A stretch of DNA of 63,956 bases, filler included, from 5 parts of 5 records of this genome joined end to end with filler, not necessarily neighbours in it, one strand, 5' to 3'; positions 1-10,024 are shown, counted from the whole stretch's first letter. Notes: a model not told the origin generated them from the letters alone. Program-made: numbers and translations.

Positions 1-1693
1 GAGTAAATGGACTGAAGAACAACTGGATATAATAAAAAGCCAAGATGAACTGTTGGTTGTAAATGCAGTTGCAGGAAGCGGTAAAACAAGTACTTTAATG
101 GGAATAGCTCTTAAAAACAAAAGAAAAAAAGTTTTATATCTTGTTTTTAATTCTGCAATGAAAAGAGAAGCAGAGGAGAAATTCCGTAGTGCAGGTCTTA
201 GAAATATAATAGTAAAAACTGGTCACGGTCTTGCATACAGCGAGTATTCTCGTGGAGATATTTCGAGAGGTCTTGATCTGCCAATGATAGCAAAACGTTA
301 TGGAGTTAGTTTTATTGATGCGAGACACTTGATTGATGTGTATACCAGGTTTCTCCAAAGCAGATCAAAAGATATAGAAAGTTTTATGAAAAACAATCTT
401 GATTTTATTGATTATAAATATAATATGAAAGAGAGAATTCTTAAAAAAGTAAAACCTTTCATAATTAGTAATGAAATAAAATATAGAAGAGCATTAGGCG
501 AGCTTGACACGACAACAATAAATGGAAAAGTATTGTTTAGCTTTATTAAATTAAAGCTAAAATTAGATGAAATAGATGAACTTAATCTGAAAAAAGCGGA
601 TGTCAAAACAGATACTCTTATCTATGAGGCGCTTGAGCAAAACTGGGAAGAGCTTCGTGAGGATGAGCTTCTGGTTAGAAGTTATGCAAAAATAGAGGGA
701 AGAGTAAAAGATATGTTTGAATCAATGTCAAACAGAGAACTTCCTCAAATTCATGATCATTATTTGAAACTTTATCAGTTGTATAAAGAGCCTAGTAAAA
801 TATATGATATTGTTCTACTAGATGAAGCACAGGATACGAATGAAGTTATGATCGATATACTTGAAACTAAGTTTCCCGGTTCAAGAAGAATCATTGTAGG
901 AGATACGAATCAGCAGATATATAGATGGCGTGGAGCGGTAAATGCTATGGAATATTTTAAGTCACTGTCTGGAGCTGAAACATTGGAGTTAACTAATTCC
1001 TTTAGATTTGGTGATGAATTAGCTGATCTTGCCAGAAGAATCTTATCATATAAAAACAATAGTAGTGTTGATATAAAAGGGTTGAATGATTCGCAAAAAG
1101 TAGTGAAGAGTTTGAACTCGAAAAATCAAATGCTTGTTTTAGGTAGAACAAACGCCGGTTTATTTAAATATGCCATTGAAAATTTGAATAAAAAGCTTTA
1201 TTTTGTTAGAAAAATAGACTTTACTATTCTGGAAGAAGTTCTGGGAATGTATCTAAATGAAAAACAAAGACTTAAAACAAGTGAGCTTAAAAGATACGGC
1301 ACATATGACAGCTTGGAAAAAGCTATAGATGAAAAAACAGAGCTTAATAGTGAAATAGTTTTATCTGTTTCGCTTGTAAGTAAATTTAAAGATAAACTTA
1401 GAATTTTGATTGAGAAAATGAAAAGTCAGGTAGTGGAAAATAAAGAAGAGTGTGACATTATCTTATCCACTATTCATGCAGCAAAAGGTATGGAACATGA
1501 GAATATTTATGTTTTGGATGATTTTGTTGATCTTGATGAAGCATCAAATATAGTTAAAAATTCAAAGTCGCAGAATCCTTCCCTTTATACAAAGATAAAA
1601 AAATGGTATGAAGAGGAGATAAACATAATTTATGTAGCAGTTACCAGATCAAAAGGAAAACTGTGCCATCAATTTTCACTAAAAAAAATATAA
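1..1693 (+). CDS. UvrD/Rep-family (FBH1-like) SF1 helicase, 5' end cut by the window edge
   Basis: Frame is open from base 2 (SKWTEEQLDII...). Motifs AVAGSGKT, LDEAQD, VGDTNQQIYRWRGA, LTNSFRF, STIHAAKGME and YVAVTRSK are present. Confidence 0.85.
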   Translation, partial: SKWTEEQLDIIKSQDELLVVNAVAGSGKTSTLMGIALKNKRKKVLYLVFNSAMKREAEEKFRSAGLRNIIVKTGHGLAYSEYSRGDISRGLDLPMIAKRYGVSFIDARHLIDVYTRFLQSRSKDIESFMKNNLDFIDYKYNMKERILKKVKPFIISNEIKYRRALGELDTTTINGKVLFSFIKLKLKLDEIDELNLKKADVKTDTLIYEALEQNWEELREDELLVRSYAKIEGRVKDMFESMSNRELPQIHDHYLKLYQLYKEPSKIYDIVLLDEAQDTNEVMIDILETKFPGSRRIIVGDTNQQIYRWRGAVNAMEYFKSLSGAETLELTNSFRFGDELADLARRILSYKNNSSVDIKGLNDSQKVVKSLNSKNQMLVLGRTNAGLFKYAIENLNKKLYFVRKIDFTILEEVLGMYLNEKQRLKTSELKRYGTYDSLEKAIDEKTELNSEIVLSVSLVSKFKDKLRILIEKMKSQVVENKEECDIILSTIHAAKGMEHENIYVLDDFVDLDEASNIVKNSKSQNPSLYTKIKKWYEEEINIIYVAVTRSKGKLCHQFSLKKI

Positions 1694-1706
1694 TAACTAT
1701 ATAAAG

Positions 1707-1735
1707 TCCCCCGCATGTAAAATACATGCGGGGGA
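1707..1735. terminator. Hairpin terminator between convergent helicase and porin genes
   Basis: Perfect 13-bp stem TCCCCCGCATGTA-AAA-TACATGCGGGGGA. Confidence 0.75.
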
Positions 1736-1800
1736 TAAGACTTTAAGAGAAGATTTTATTAATATAATGATATTAATAGTTAAATAAGATGTTTATTTAA

Positions 1801-3207
1801 TTAAAACCAGATTTCAGCTTGAGCACCAACTAATAATAAGTTAGTATCGTCTTCATCTTCAGTATAATTATTTAGTTGTGTTTGACCAGAAACGTCTTCA
1901 TCCCATGCGAATGCAGAGGCAAATATTCTGAATTCAGGTCTTGCCCATACTCCTTGTGCTGTATCAAGTTTCCAAGTAGGACCGGCAGTAACTTTAAATA
2001 ATCCTCCTGAAATATCCTCAGGATCTCCTCCCCATGCGCCTACAACATCTTTTCCATCAAAATATTGATAGTTTGTATCAAATGCCCATGAGAAATTTTT
2101 GTTAACATTGTAATAACCGGAAAGTCCTAAAGTTGACCACATAATTTGTGAATCCTCTGCAAATGTATCATTCATAAATGCAATCTGTGCTGATGGTGCG
2201 AAGCTCCAATTTCCAGCTGTTTTAGTGAAGAAACCTGAGAATTTGTGTTGACTTGCACTTTCATATTGTCTGTGATACCAGTTTGCGCTCTCTTCGAAAA
2301 CTTTCGATTGTACCATTCCCATATGTTCATGACTTCCAGCTAAACCTGTCCCGAATTGATAGGCAAATTTTCCCCATCCGTTACCTAAACCTGGTAATTG
2401 ACTAAGTTCTCTTACATACATAGCCATGAATGAGCTGTTAGCTTTATCATTTGCTGCTCTTGTTGATTCACTTCCATCTCTATTTTCTTCTGCTCCAGGA
2501 ATAGTACCTATATTTAAAATAAATTGGTTTTTGTTAATTTTATAAGCTGTTGATGCTACATAATATTGAAGATCTTTTGAAGTTCCGTTGTTGTAAACAT
2601 CACATGTGTATAGACCTAAATCTAATTCTCCATCTGCAACAGCTATGTTAGATAATCCGATTCCTTTACCGTTCATTGCATAAACATCTACACCTAAGAA
2701 ATGTATGTTGAACGAATTCTCGTCATTTCTTTGTCCTGCCCATAAAACTGAATTTGATAATGCGCCTGAAAATGTTGGTAGATTTCCAATCTCTGCATAA
2801 TATTTATCAACAGTTAAATCATGATAATCACCATATTTAAAATCAGTTGTAAATGAAGCCCATGAACCATCTTCCATATTCCACTTCTTTTTAATCGACA
2901 TATTTAGATAATCATCAGCCTCGAAACCATATCTGGTAGAAGTACCTCCCCATTGCCCTAAGATTCCACCATCATATTGAGTAAGTTTTGCACCTCCGTG
3001 TGTTGTTCCTGCAGTTCCAACGTCGAAGTTGTCATCGTGATCTACATCTTCAGTTGAATCAGGACCTGTTCCCTGAGCAGTTGATAAGAAACCAGTTCTT
3101 GCATAACCGTGAATTTCAAGTGAGTTGTCTGCAAGAACTTCGGTAGTAATAATTGTTCCGGCTAAAACTAAACAGTTAAGCCAGAGAAGAGCTTTTTTCA
3201 ATTTCAT
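1801..3207 (-). CDS. LamB/maltoporin-family carbohydrate porin
   Basis: Signal peptide, N-terminal HGYARTG, WAGQR, RPEFRIFAS and C-terminal GAQAEIWF typical of LamB/ScrY porins. Confidence 0.8.
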   Translation of the reverse strand: MKLKKALLWLNCLVLAGTIITTEVLADNSLEIHGYARTGFLSTAQGTGPDSTEDVDHDDNFDVGTAGTTHGGAKLTQYDGGILGQWGGTSTRYGFEADDYLNMSIKKKWNMEDGSWASFTTDFKYGDYHDLTVDKYYAEIGNLPTFSGALSNSVLWAGQRNDENSFNIHFLGVDVYAMNGKGIGLSNIAVADGELDLGLYTCDVYNNGTSKDLQYYVASTAYKINKNQFILNIGTIPGAEENRDGSESTRAANDKANSSFMAMYVRELSQLPGLGNGWGKFAYQFGTGLAGSHEHMGMVQSKVFEESANWYHRQYESASQHKFSGFFTKTAGNWSFAPSAQIAFMNDTFAEDSQIMWSTLGLSGYYNVNKNFSWAFDTNYQYFDGKDVVGAWGGDPEDISGGLFKVTAGPTWKLDTAQGVWARPEFRIFASAFAWDEDVSGQTQLNNYTEDEDDTNLLLVGAQAEIWF

Positions 3208-3273
3208 TAATTAAACCTCCTAAGTTTGTAATTTTGTAATAAAAATAAATATTAAAGTTAAAATTATATTCTA

Positions 3274-3287
3274 CAGAAACGTTTTCG
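3274..3287. promoter_or_regulatory. LacI-family-type operator, copy 1
   Basis: CAGAAACGTTTTCG is near-palindromic about a central CG and occurs three times in this intergenic region. Confidence 0.7.
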
Positions 3288-3392
3288 TTATAAAAAAATA
3301 GTTCAACAGAGTTTTTTTATAGTTATAATATAATTTTCTTAATTAGTATTGTAGTAGAATTGACTATTATTCTATCATACTATGACTATATT

Positions 3393-3407
3393 CAGAAACG
3401 TTTTCGG
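3393..3407. promoter_or_regulatory. LacI-family-type operator, copy 2
   Basis: CAGAAACGTTTTCGG. Confidence 0.7.
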
Positions 3408-3512
3408 CAAAAGAGAAAAAAATAAAATCTAGAATTGAAAAAGATTGTGTCAGTATTCTCAGATCTTGTTGATTTTCGCTTTTTGATGTTCTGTTTTGAT
3501 AACTGTAGTACG

Positions 3513-3541
3513 ATTATAGAGCTAAAAAATCAAAAAGTCAA
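3513..3541 (-). promoter_or_regulatory. sigma70 promoter for the porin gene
   Basis: Minus strand TTGACT (3541-3536), N17, TATAAT (3518-3513). Confidence 0.7.
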
Positions 3542-3552
3542 TCCTTTTTTGT

Positions 3553-3581
3553 TTGACACTATAAAAAAAATGAAGTATAAT
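3553..3581 (+). promoter_or_regulatory. Consensus sigma70 promoter for the mannanase gene
   Basis: TTGACA (3553-3558), N17, TATAAT (3576-3581). Confidence 0.8.
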
Positions 3582-3596
3582 CGTCTTAACAGGTTT

Positions 3597-3611
3597 CAGA
3601 AACGTTTTCGG
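3597..3611. promoter_or_regulatory. LacI-family-type operator, copy 3
   Basis: CAGAAACGTTTTCGG just downstream of the -10 box, a lacO1-like position. Confidence 0.7.
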
Positions 3612-3673
3612 AAATAATTGCAGAGTTTTGTTTTTACAGGCTTAAAATAAAAATCAAACAGGAGGCTATTCAG

Positions 3674-5725
3674 TTGAAAAAAACTTTTAATTTTAAAAAA
3701 ATATTTACTTTTATGTTTTTATCGTTATTCTTAATTTCATGTATGAGTTCTAAAAAAGAGGTAAAGGGTATAATTGATAAGAAAGATCTATCATCGTCAT
3801 TTGTAACAGTTAAAGATGGAAAGTTTATGTACGAAGGCGAGGAATTTAGATTTGTAGGAACGAATAACTATTATATGCATTATAAAAGTGATTATATGAT
3901 TGATGATGTAATTAATGATGCCAGTGAAATGGGAATAACGGTACTAAGAGTTTGGGGATTTATGGACGGAAAAGAGGGGCCGGCAAAAGATCATAATACA
4001 TATATCCAAACAGAACTTGGAGTATATACTATTCCAAATGGTGGGCAAAGTGGCTTAGAGAGACTAGATTATACAATTTCAAAAGCAGCTGAAAAAAACA
4101 TTAAATTAGTGATTGCTCTTACTAATAACTGGGGAGATTTTGGAGGAATGTCTCAATATGTAAAATGGGTAGATGGTGCTGATCATCACGATGACTTCTA
4201 CACAAATGAGACTATTAAGCAAGGATATAAGGATTATATAAATACAGTAATTAATAGAAAAAATAAATATACTGGAAAAAAATATAATGATGATCCTACT
4301 ATTATGACTTGGGAGCTTGCAAATGAACCAAGAAATGAAAGTGATAAAACAGGAATGACTCTTGTAAAATGGACAGATGAGATGAGTAAATATGTTAAAT
4401 CGATTGCTCCGAATCAATTAGTTGCTCTAGGTGATGAAGGTTTCTTTAATAGAGATCAGAACAACGGATTTGCAGGAGAGGGAGACTGGGCATATACAGG
4501 TTATAGTGGAGTTGACTGGGAAAGATTACTAAAAATAGAAAATATTGATTATGGTACTTTTCATCTTTATCCTGAGCACTGGGGAATATCGGAAGAGCAT
4601 AGAGAACAGTGGGGGACAAAATATATATTAGATCATATTAATGCAGCTAAAAAAATTGGAAAACCAGTTGTACTTGAAGAGTATGGAGTAGTAGAAGATA
4701 GTCACGAAAATAGACTAATGATTTATGAAGCGTGGAACAATGCTGTCTATGATAATGGTGGAGCAGGTTCTATGTTTTGGATTCTTAGTGGAATGCAGGA
4801 TGATCAACAACTTTATGAAAACTATGATGGTTTCAGAATAGTTAATGATGATTCGGTAGTTTCTCAGTTATTGACAGATTATGCTGCTATGATGGCAGGT
4901 GGAGAAGATACAAGAGAAGCAAACGTTCAATTTGCATTTCCAAAAGATGGTTCAGTAGTTAAAGATGAATTGTTAATCGCAGCGAAAGTATTTACATATG
5001 AAAAAGAGATAGAAGAAGTAACGTTGACAATAGATGGGCAGGAAGTAGATTTTGAATATGACGCTGACTTAGGTTATTATGCTGTAAGTGGTGACAGTAA
5101 TGAGATTGAAGATGGGACAAGAGTACTTGAAGTTATTGCTAAATTTACTGATGGAACTGAAGATTCAGAAGAAATTGAGATTGAAGTAGAAAACAATGTA
5201 TACTACGGCGTTGGAATGGAATATGACTTCTCTTCTAAATCACAAGCTGAAAGATTTTCTCAAGATGGAGGATGGCAGGCTGAGTTTGGTAAAAAAGGAA
5301 TTCAGTGGTCAGACTCTTTAGGTAACGGAGTGATGGAAGTGAACGTGAAATTCCCAGGTGCAAATGATTGGGAAGAGTTAAGAATAGCAGATAATGATGT
5401 AGCGACTCTAAGTGAATATGAAAAAGTTAGTTATGAAATTTATATTCCAAAAGTAGATTTCACAGGGGATAATAAAGCTTTCAGACCATACTCAATTCTT
5501 AATCCAGGTTGGGTAAAAGTTGGAGTAGATGAAAATAGAAAAGCGATGAAAGAGTTTCCAGTTGTAAAAATAAACGACAAAGAATACTATAAAGTTGAAA
5601 TCTTAATTGATTATGGTGTTATGAAAGAGAAAACAGAATTCAGAATAGGATTAGTTGGAGATAAAATGGGATATGAAGGTCCTGTTTATGTTGATAATAT
5701 TAGATTTTATAAAAAAATGAAATAA
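3674..5725 (+). CDS. GH5 endo-1,4-beta-mannanase lipoprotein with Ig-like and C-terminal CBM (CBM27-like) domains
   Basis: Lipobox LISC; GTNNYY, NNWGDFGGM, WELANEPR (acid/base Glu), HLYP, VLEEYG (nucleophile); architecture recalls Thermotoga Man5. Confidence 0.85.
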   Translation: MKKTFNFKKIFTFMFLSLFLISCMSSKKEVKGIIDKKDLSSSFVTVKDGKFMYEGEEFRFVGTNNYYMHYKSDYMIDDVINDASEMGITVLRVWGFMDGKEGPAKDHNTYIQTELGVYTIPNGGQSGLERLDYTISKAAEKNIKLVIALTNNWGDFGGMSQYVKWVDGADHHDDFYTNETIKQGYKDYINTVINRKNKYTGKKYNDDPTIMTWELANEPRNESDKTGMTLVKWTDEMSKYVKSIAPNQLVALGDEGFFNRDQNNGFAGEGDWAYTGYSGVDWERLLKIENIDYGTFHLYPEHWGISEEHREQWGTKYILDHINAAKKIGKPVVLEEYGVVEDSHENRLMIYEAWNNAVYDNGGAGSMFWILSGMQDDQQLYENYDGFRIVNDDSVVSQLLTDYAAMMAGGEDTREANVQFAFPKDGSVVKDELLIAAKVFTYEKEIEEVTLTIDGQEVDFEYDADLGYYAVSGDSNEIEDGTRVLEVIAKFTDGTEDSEEIEIEVENNVYYGVGMEYDFSSKSQAERFSQDGGWQAEFGKKGIQWSDSLGNGVMEVNVKFPGANDWEELRIADNDVATLSEYEKVSYEIYIPKVDFTGDNKAFRPYSILNPGWVKVGVDENRKAMKEFPVVKINDKEYYKVEILIDYGVMKEKTEFRIGLVGDKMGYEGPVYVDNIRFYKKMK

Positions 5726-5742
5726 AAAACTTAAAACTAAAA

Positions 5743-5775
5743 AGAGTGTTTACGAATTAAATTCGTAGACACTCT
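5743..5775. terminator. Bidirectional terminator
   Basis: AGAGTGTTTACGAAT-TAA-ATTCGTAGACACTCT between convergent genes. Confidence 0.75.
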
Positions 5776-5781
5776 AAAATT

Positions 5782-6087
5782 TTATTCAAATTCTAAATTA
5801 AAAGTTTCCTGAAGTCTTGCAAGGATAACTATGTGCTCCTCAGATAAGTTAAGGAAAACAGCTGGATCTGCATCATCAGAATTGAAATTATCTTCATCAA
5901 GAACAGTCCACTCCTCTGTAAGAATAACTTTATTCTCTTCAAAAGCAGTAGCGGAATTGCTCATATCATATTTAACACATGCAGTGTTTTCTTTAGCGAT
6001 AGAGATCATTTTGTTAAATCTATCCACATCTGTTTGAGAAATTTTACCTTGTTTAGGTGTAAAAACTGCAACAACATTTATATTCAC
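5782..6087 (-). CDS. ABM/quinol monooxygenase-like small protein (divergent)
   Basis: INVVAVFTPK...E..CVKYD...ILTEEW pattern; GGAGG SD upstream. Confidence 0.55.
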   Translation of the reverse strand: MNINVVAVFTPKQGKISQTDVDRFNKMISIAKENTACVKYDMSNSATAFEENKVILTEEWTVLDEDNFNSDDADPAVFLNLSEEHIVILARLQETFNLEFE

Positions 6088-6125
6088 TATATCACCTCCC
6101 GGAAGTAATTATAGCACATAAATAA

Positions 6126-7190
6126 TTAAAATTCAGCTTTTACTGTACCTCCGGCGTTAAAGCTTCCATATTCATCACTATAATATCTATACTCGCTATC
6201 TTCGGGACCATATTGATAATATAGGCCAAAATTGATAGAGATAATATCATTGTAGTAATAGTTCATGGTATCACCTATAATAAAACTACTATCATCCATA
6301 TTGATCATTGCATAAGTGTATGTACTCATTTTTTCGCTAAAATCAATTTGTAAAGCAGGGATCAGGTAATTTTCACCTATATTTTCCTGTAAAGCCAAAA
6401 GTGTATAGTCATAATTCTCTTTTTTATTTTCACCTTTGTAATTTCTAAAATACTCTAAATTAAAATAATATTTTTCAGAAAAATAGGTATCTACTCCAAA
6501 TGCTGTTCCAAACTCCTCATATTCGTTTGAATAGATTAATTCATTCCAGATACCCCAATCAGTAGCAGGGATATCTCCTTTGAAGTTCAAGCCGTATAGA
6601 GAGTCTTGATCCTCACTTACTCCTATATATCTATCATGTTTTCCTTTTGATATATATAATATCTCAGTGTCAAAATTCAAAATGTTTTTTTTATATTTTA
6701 ATCCAATATCCGAATTTCTTTTATCATTAAGTCCGCTAATAGTTTTTTCTCTGGTAAAAGTATATATCGTTTGTAAATTTGCATCATTAAAATATTTAGT
6801 ATAAATTAGACTATCTCTACCCTCTTTTCTAAAATAAGGATCGAAAGCCGAATCAAAAGGTTTATCATTAAATATATCAGTTGGATTAAAGTTAGTCCCA
6901 ACTCCCCAACCGATTCTGCTTCTCCCTATTTCAAAATCACTAGTTTCAAAATAAAATTTAATTTTTGCAACATCAAGTTTTGCATCACTGTCATTAAGTG
7001 CTAATTCCAAGTCTAGCTCATAATCATCACTTGTAGATTCATTTATCAGGACTCTGGCTTCAGGTGTGAAAGAATCAATGTTGTTTGCCAGAAAACCCTT
7101 TAGGTACAGTTCGGTGATTGTATCATAAGAGAAAGTATAAGAGCTGATTATTAGTGATAATAAAAATATTAATTTTTTCATATTACTCAC
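6126..7190 (-). CDS. Putative outer-membrane beta-barrel protein
   Basis: Signal peptide, IGRSRIGWG...FNPTDIFN motif, C-terminal Phe; follows a LolA-like gene. Confidence 0.6.
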   Translation of the reverse strand: MSNMKKLIFLLSLIISSYTFSYDTITELYLKGFLANNIDSFTPEARVLINESTSDDYELDLELALNDSDAKLDVAKIKFYFETSDFEIGRSRIGWGVGTNFNPTDIFNDKPFDSAFDPYFRKEGRDSLIYTKYFNDANLQTIYTFTREKTISGLNDKRNSDIGLKYKKNILNFDTEILYISKGKHDRYIGVSEDQDSLYGLNFKGDIPATDWGIWNELIYSNEYEEFGTAFGVDTYFSEKYYFNLEYFRNYKGENKKENYDYTLLALQENIGENYLIPALQIDFSEKMSTYTYAMINMDDSSFIIGDTMNYYYNDIISINFGLYYQYGPEDSEYRYYSDEYGSFNAGGTVKAEF

Positions 7191-7193
7191 TCC

Positions 7194-7925
7194 CTATTTT
7201 TTAAGTTTTCTTTCTGAAAACTCTGAATCCTTAATATTGATATCAATCTCTATAGTATTTTCAAAAGTTTCAATTTTGGTTATTTTATTATTAACTTCAT
7301 CAAGCATCTCAAGGTCAGTTTCATACCATCTATTGCCAAATTTTTTATATTGATTAATAGTGAGTGTTTTATACTTGATTTCATTTTTATCATAATACTC
7401 CATTGTTTCAATTAGAAAATTATCTTTTGAAACAATAGTATAGATATATTTATATTTTTTTTCCTTATCTCTGGGGTAGAGTTTCACAGTATAGTTTTTA
7501 GAGTTTTCTGTTATTATTTCACTGGTAAAATCTTTTTTATAGTTCATCTCCATATCATCGTATGAAAAACTAGAACCCATCATACTTCCTTTTTTTGCAC
7601 TTTTAGAAAGAAGTCTAACTCTGTTGCTTCTTTTGTTGTAGTACCAGATACTTCCTTCTTTTGAAAGAATTGCTGTTCCTTTTAATCTGGCAGGATAATA
7701 ATATCTGGACAATTGATAATCCTCGTCGCCAACTTTTTTGGAATAACCTTCAAACTCCATAGTTGACGTAACTTTTCCTTTGTTGATAATAGTCATTTTT
7801 GATTTTGAATAAACAGATTTGAAATTAGAGTTTTCTTCTAATTTATCTAATATCCATTGACCATCCTCTGCAAAAGACGTGATGAATAAAGTGATAAAAC
7901 TAAATAGTATACATAGTTTTTTCAT
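7194..7925 (-). CDS. Outer-membrane lipoprotein-sorting (LolA-like, TP0789-type) protein
   Basis: Signal peptide; PARLKGTAIL, WYY...RVR, SMMGSSFSYDD and FSERKL motifs. Confidence 0.75.
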   Translation of the reverse strand: MKKLCILFSFITLFITSFAEDGQWILDKLEENSNFKSVYSKSKMTIINKGKVTSTMEFEGYSKKVGDEDYQLSRYYYPARLKGTAILSKEGSIWYYNKRSNRVRLLSKSAKKGSMMGSSFSYDDMEMNYKKDFTSEIITENSKNYTVKLYPRDKEKKYKYIYTIVSKDNFLIETMEYYDKNEIKYKTLTINQYKKFGNRWYETDLEMLDEVNNKITKIETFENTIEIDINIKDSEFSERKLKK

Positions 7926-7941
7926 GGTTCTAACCTCCTAT

Positions 7942-7959
7942 AAACCGAACAGTCGGTTT
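7942..7959. promoter_or_regulatory. Palindrome (candidate TetR operator) upstream of the LolA-like gene
   Basis: AAACCGA-ACAG-TCGGTTT adjacent to the SD. Confidence 0.55.
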
Positions 7960-8009
7960 GTAATTTTTTCTAATATTTGCCATGACATAGAGCCATGGCA
8001 TAAAATTTA

Positions 8010-8573
8010 TTATTTAAAAAGTTGTTCAACAAAACTATTCCAAAGAGTTTCGTAATCCAGATCAAGTTCATAAGTTTGGTATAAAGATAGTGCATCTAAA
8101 AAAATGAAAAACTTCTGAGCAAGTAACTGATGGTCAGCATCCTCAGGAAGAATTCCCTTAACTTGTAAATCCTCAAAGACTCCATTAAGCATTTCGAAAT
8201 ATTTTGCAAAGATATCACTCATTGCAACTTTGATACTATCATATCTAATAGACGCCATTAGAAGTTCGTAAAAAAACTTATTATAATGTCCCTCTTCTTT
8301 TATATTATTGAAAAATGTAACACCGGTTTGTTTAAAGATATCTATATAATTATCTTTTGTAACTATGCTGGTATCTATAATTTTTTCTTCACCATGTGTG
8401 AATATAAATGCAACGGCTTCAAGAAAAAGTTCTTCTTTATTCTTGAAATGATGGTAGATAGCACCTTTAGAAATTCCCGCTGTTTTGACTATATCATTCA
8501 TGCTGGCTTTTTCATAACCCTTCTCTGAAACAAGGTTATAAAAAGTAGTAATGATTTTTTCTTTTGTATTCAT
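8010..8573 (-). CDS. TetR/AcrR-family regulator
   Basis: N-terminal HTH KGYEKASMNDIVKTAGISKGAIYHHFKNKEELF. Confidence 0.9.
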   Translation of the reverse strand: MNTKEKIITTFYNLVSEKGYEKASMNDIVKTAGISKGAIYHHFKNKEELFLEAVAFIFTHGEEKIIDTSIVTKDNYIDIFKQTGVTFFNNIKEEGHYNKFFYELLMASIRYDSIKVAMSDIFAKYFEMLNGVFEDLQVKGILPEDADHQLLAQKFFIFLDALSLYQTYELDLDYETLWNSFVEQLFK

Positions 8574-8672
8574 AAAATATACACCTGACTTTCAAACTTT
8601 AGTAATTTAGTTATATTTTATCAAAATTACTAATTGATTACTACAATAAAATTGATTTACTTCTATATGAAA

Positions 8673-8701
8673 ATTATACTACAGACCACTCGGTCTGTCA
8701 A
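8673..8701 (-). promoter_or_regulatory. tetR promoter with overlapping palindromic operator
   Basis: Minus strand TTGACA, N17, TATAAT; palindrome ACAGACC-ACTC-GGTCTGT (8681-8698) covers the spacer and part of the -35 box. Confidence 0.7.
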
Positions 8702-8813
8702 GGGCTGCTTTTATTTTTTTATACTTCTTCAAAGTTTTGATTTTCAAGAGGATAGCTGAAAAAGTATATAGATGAATAAATATGAAAAAAAACCAGATGA
8801 CAAGAAAAAAACC

Positions 8814-8842
8814 TTGACAAAATATTGTAGTTGCTGTATAAT
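8814..8842 (+). promoter_or_regulatory. Consensus promoter of rplM-rpsI
   Basis: TTGACA (8814-8819), N17, TATAAT (8837-8842). Confidence 0.8.
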
Positions 8843-8912
8843 TTTCTGGAAAAACCTTTCCCACAAAGGTCATTCCGTTATAAGTGAATTATAACCAAGG
8901 AGGAATAAAGAA

Positions 8913-9347
8913 GTGAACAAATATACAAAAATGTTAAGAAAAGAAGATGTGTCAAGAGATTGGTACCACATCGATGCTGAAGAGCAAATCTTAGGAAGAC
9001 TTGCTGTAGAAGTAGCAAAAAGAGTAATGGGTAAAACTAAAGTAGACTTTACTCCACATGTCGATAACGGTGATTTCGTAGTAATTACTAACGCTGCAAA
9101 AATAGCTGTTACAGGTAAGAAATTAACGGATAAAATTTATTATAATCACAGTGGATTCCCAGGTGGAATTAGAGAAAGAAGATTAGAAGAAGTTTTAGAC
9201 AAGAAACCTGAAGAAGTAATTTTATTAGCAGTTAAAAGAATGTTACCTAAAAACAAATTAGGAGCACAAATGTTAACAAGAGTTAGAGTATTCGCAGGAG
9301 AAGCTCATACTCACGCAGCACAAAAACCGGCAAAGATCGAATTATAA
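8913..9347 (+). CDS. rplM: 50S ribosomal protein L13
   Basis: ILGRLA, FTPHVDNGDFVV, YYNHSGFPGG, AVKRMLPKNKLG; N-terminus resembles Fusobacteriota L13. Confidence 0.98.
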   Translation: MNKYTKMLRKEDVSRDWYHIDAEEQILGRLAVEVAKRVMGKTKVDFTPHVDNGDFVVITNAAKIAVTGKKLTDKIYYNHSGFPGGIRERRLEEVLDKKPEEVILLAVKRMLPKNKLGAQMLTRVRVFAGEAHTHAAQKPAKIEL

Positions 9348-9361
9348 GGAGGTAAGTTTAA

Positions 9362-9757
9362 GTGGCTAACAATCAATTTTGGGGAACTGGAAGAAGAAAA
9401 ACTTCAGTTGCAAGAGTAAGATTAATACCTGGAGGATCAGGTGTTGTTATAAATGGTAAAGATATGAGAGAATACTTCGGAGGGAGAGAAATCCTTTCTA
9501 AAATAGTAGAACAACCTTTAGCTTTAACTGAAACTATGGAAAAATTCCAAGTTATGGTTAACGTAGACGGTGGAGGGCAAACTGGTCAAGCAGGAGCTAT
9601 CAGACACGGAGTTTCTAGAGCATTATGTGAAGCTGATGCAGAGCTTAGAGGAGCTTTAAAAGCTGCAGGGTTCTTAACAAGAGATTCAAGAATGGTTGAA
9701 AGAAAGAAATACGGAAAGAAAAAAGCAAGAAGATCACCTCAATTCTCAAAAAGATAA
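9362..9757 (+). CDS. rpsI: 30S ribosomal protein S9
   Basis: [43 protein letters not shown]. Confidence 0.98.
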   Translation: MANNQFWGTGRRKTSVARVRLIPGGSGVVINGKDMREYFGGREILSKIVEQPLALTETMEKFQVMVNVDGGGQTGQAGAIRHGVSRALCEADAELRGALKAAGFLTRDSRMVERKKYGKKKARRSPQFSKR

Positions 9758-9771
9758 TTTTATTTATATCG

Positions 9772-9800
9772 AAGCAAGGCTATATGCCTTGCTTTTTTTT
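9772..9800 (+). terminator. Rho-independent terminator after rpsI
   Basis: AAGCAAGGC-TATAT-GCCTTGCTT followed by a T run. Confidence 0.85.
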
Positions 9801-10024
9801 GTATCTTAATAAAGTAGAAATTCTCAACTTTTAATATATAAAAATTAAAATAATTTTAGGCTTATCTACCGAAAATTACTCGACTTATTTAATTCCTAAA
9901 ACAAAACTCTTAATATGTATCATTATCAAAAGATAAAAAGAATTTTATATACTCTGATTAAAAAAATGTGCTATAATAAAATAAAGATGATTTGTAAGAC
10001 AAAGAGTGAATAGAGGTAGAGCTT

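Noticed and set aside
3435-3617. 60-aa ORF in the porin/mannanase intergenic region
   Set aside because: It overlaps both promoters and an operator, has a TTG start and has no recognisable motif.
8854-8870. Small hairpin in the rplM leader (possible L13 autoregulatory element)
   Set aside because: Too short to assign to a known leader family by eye.
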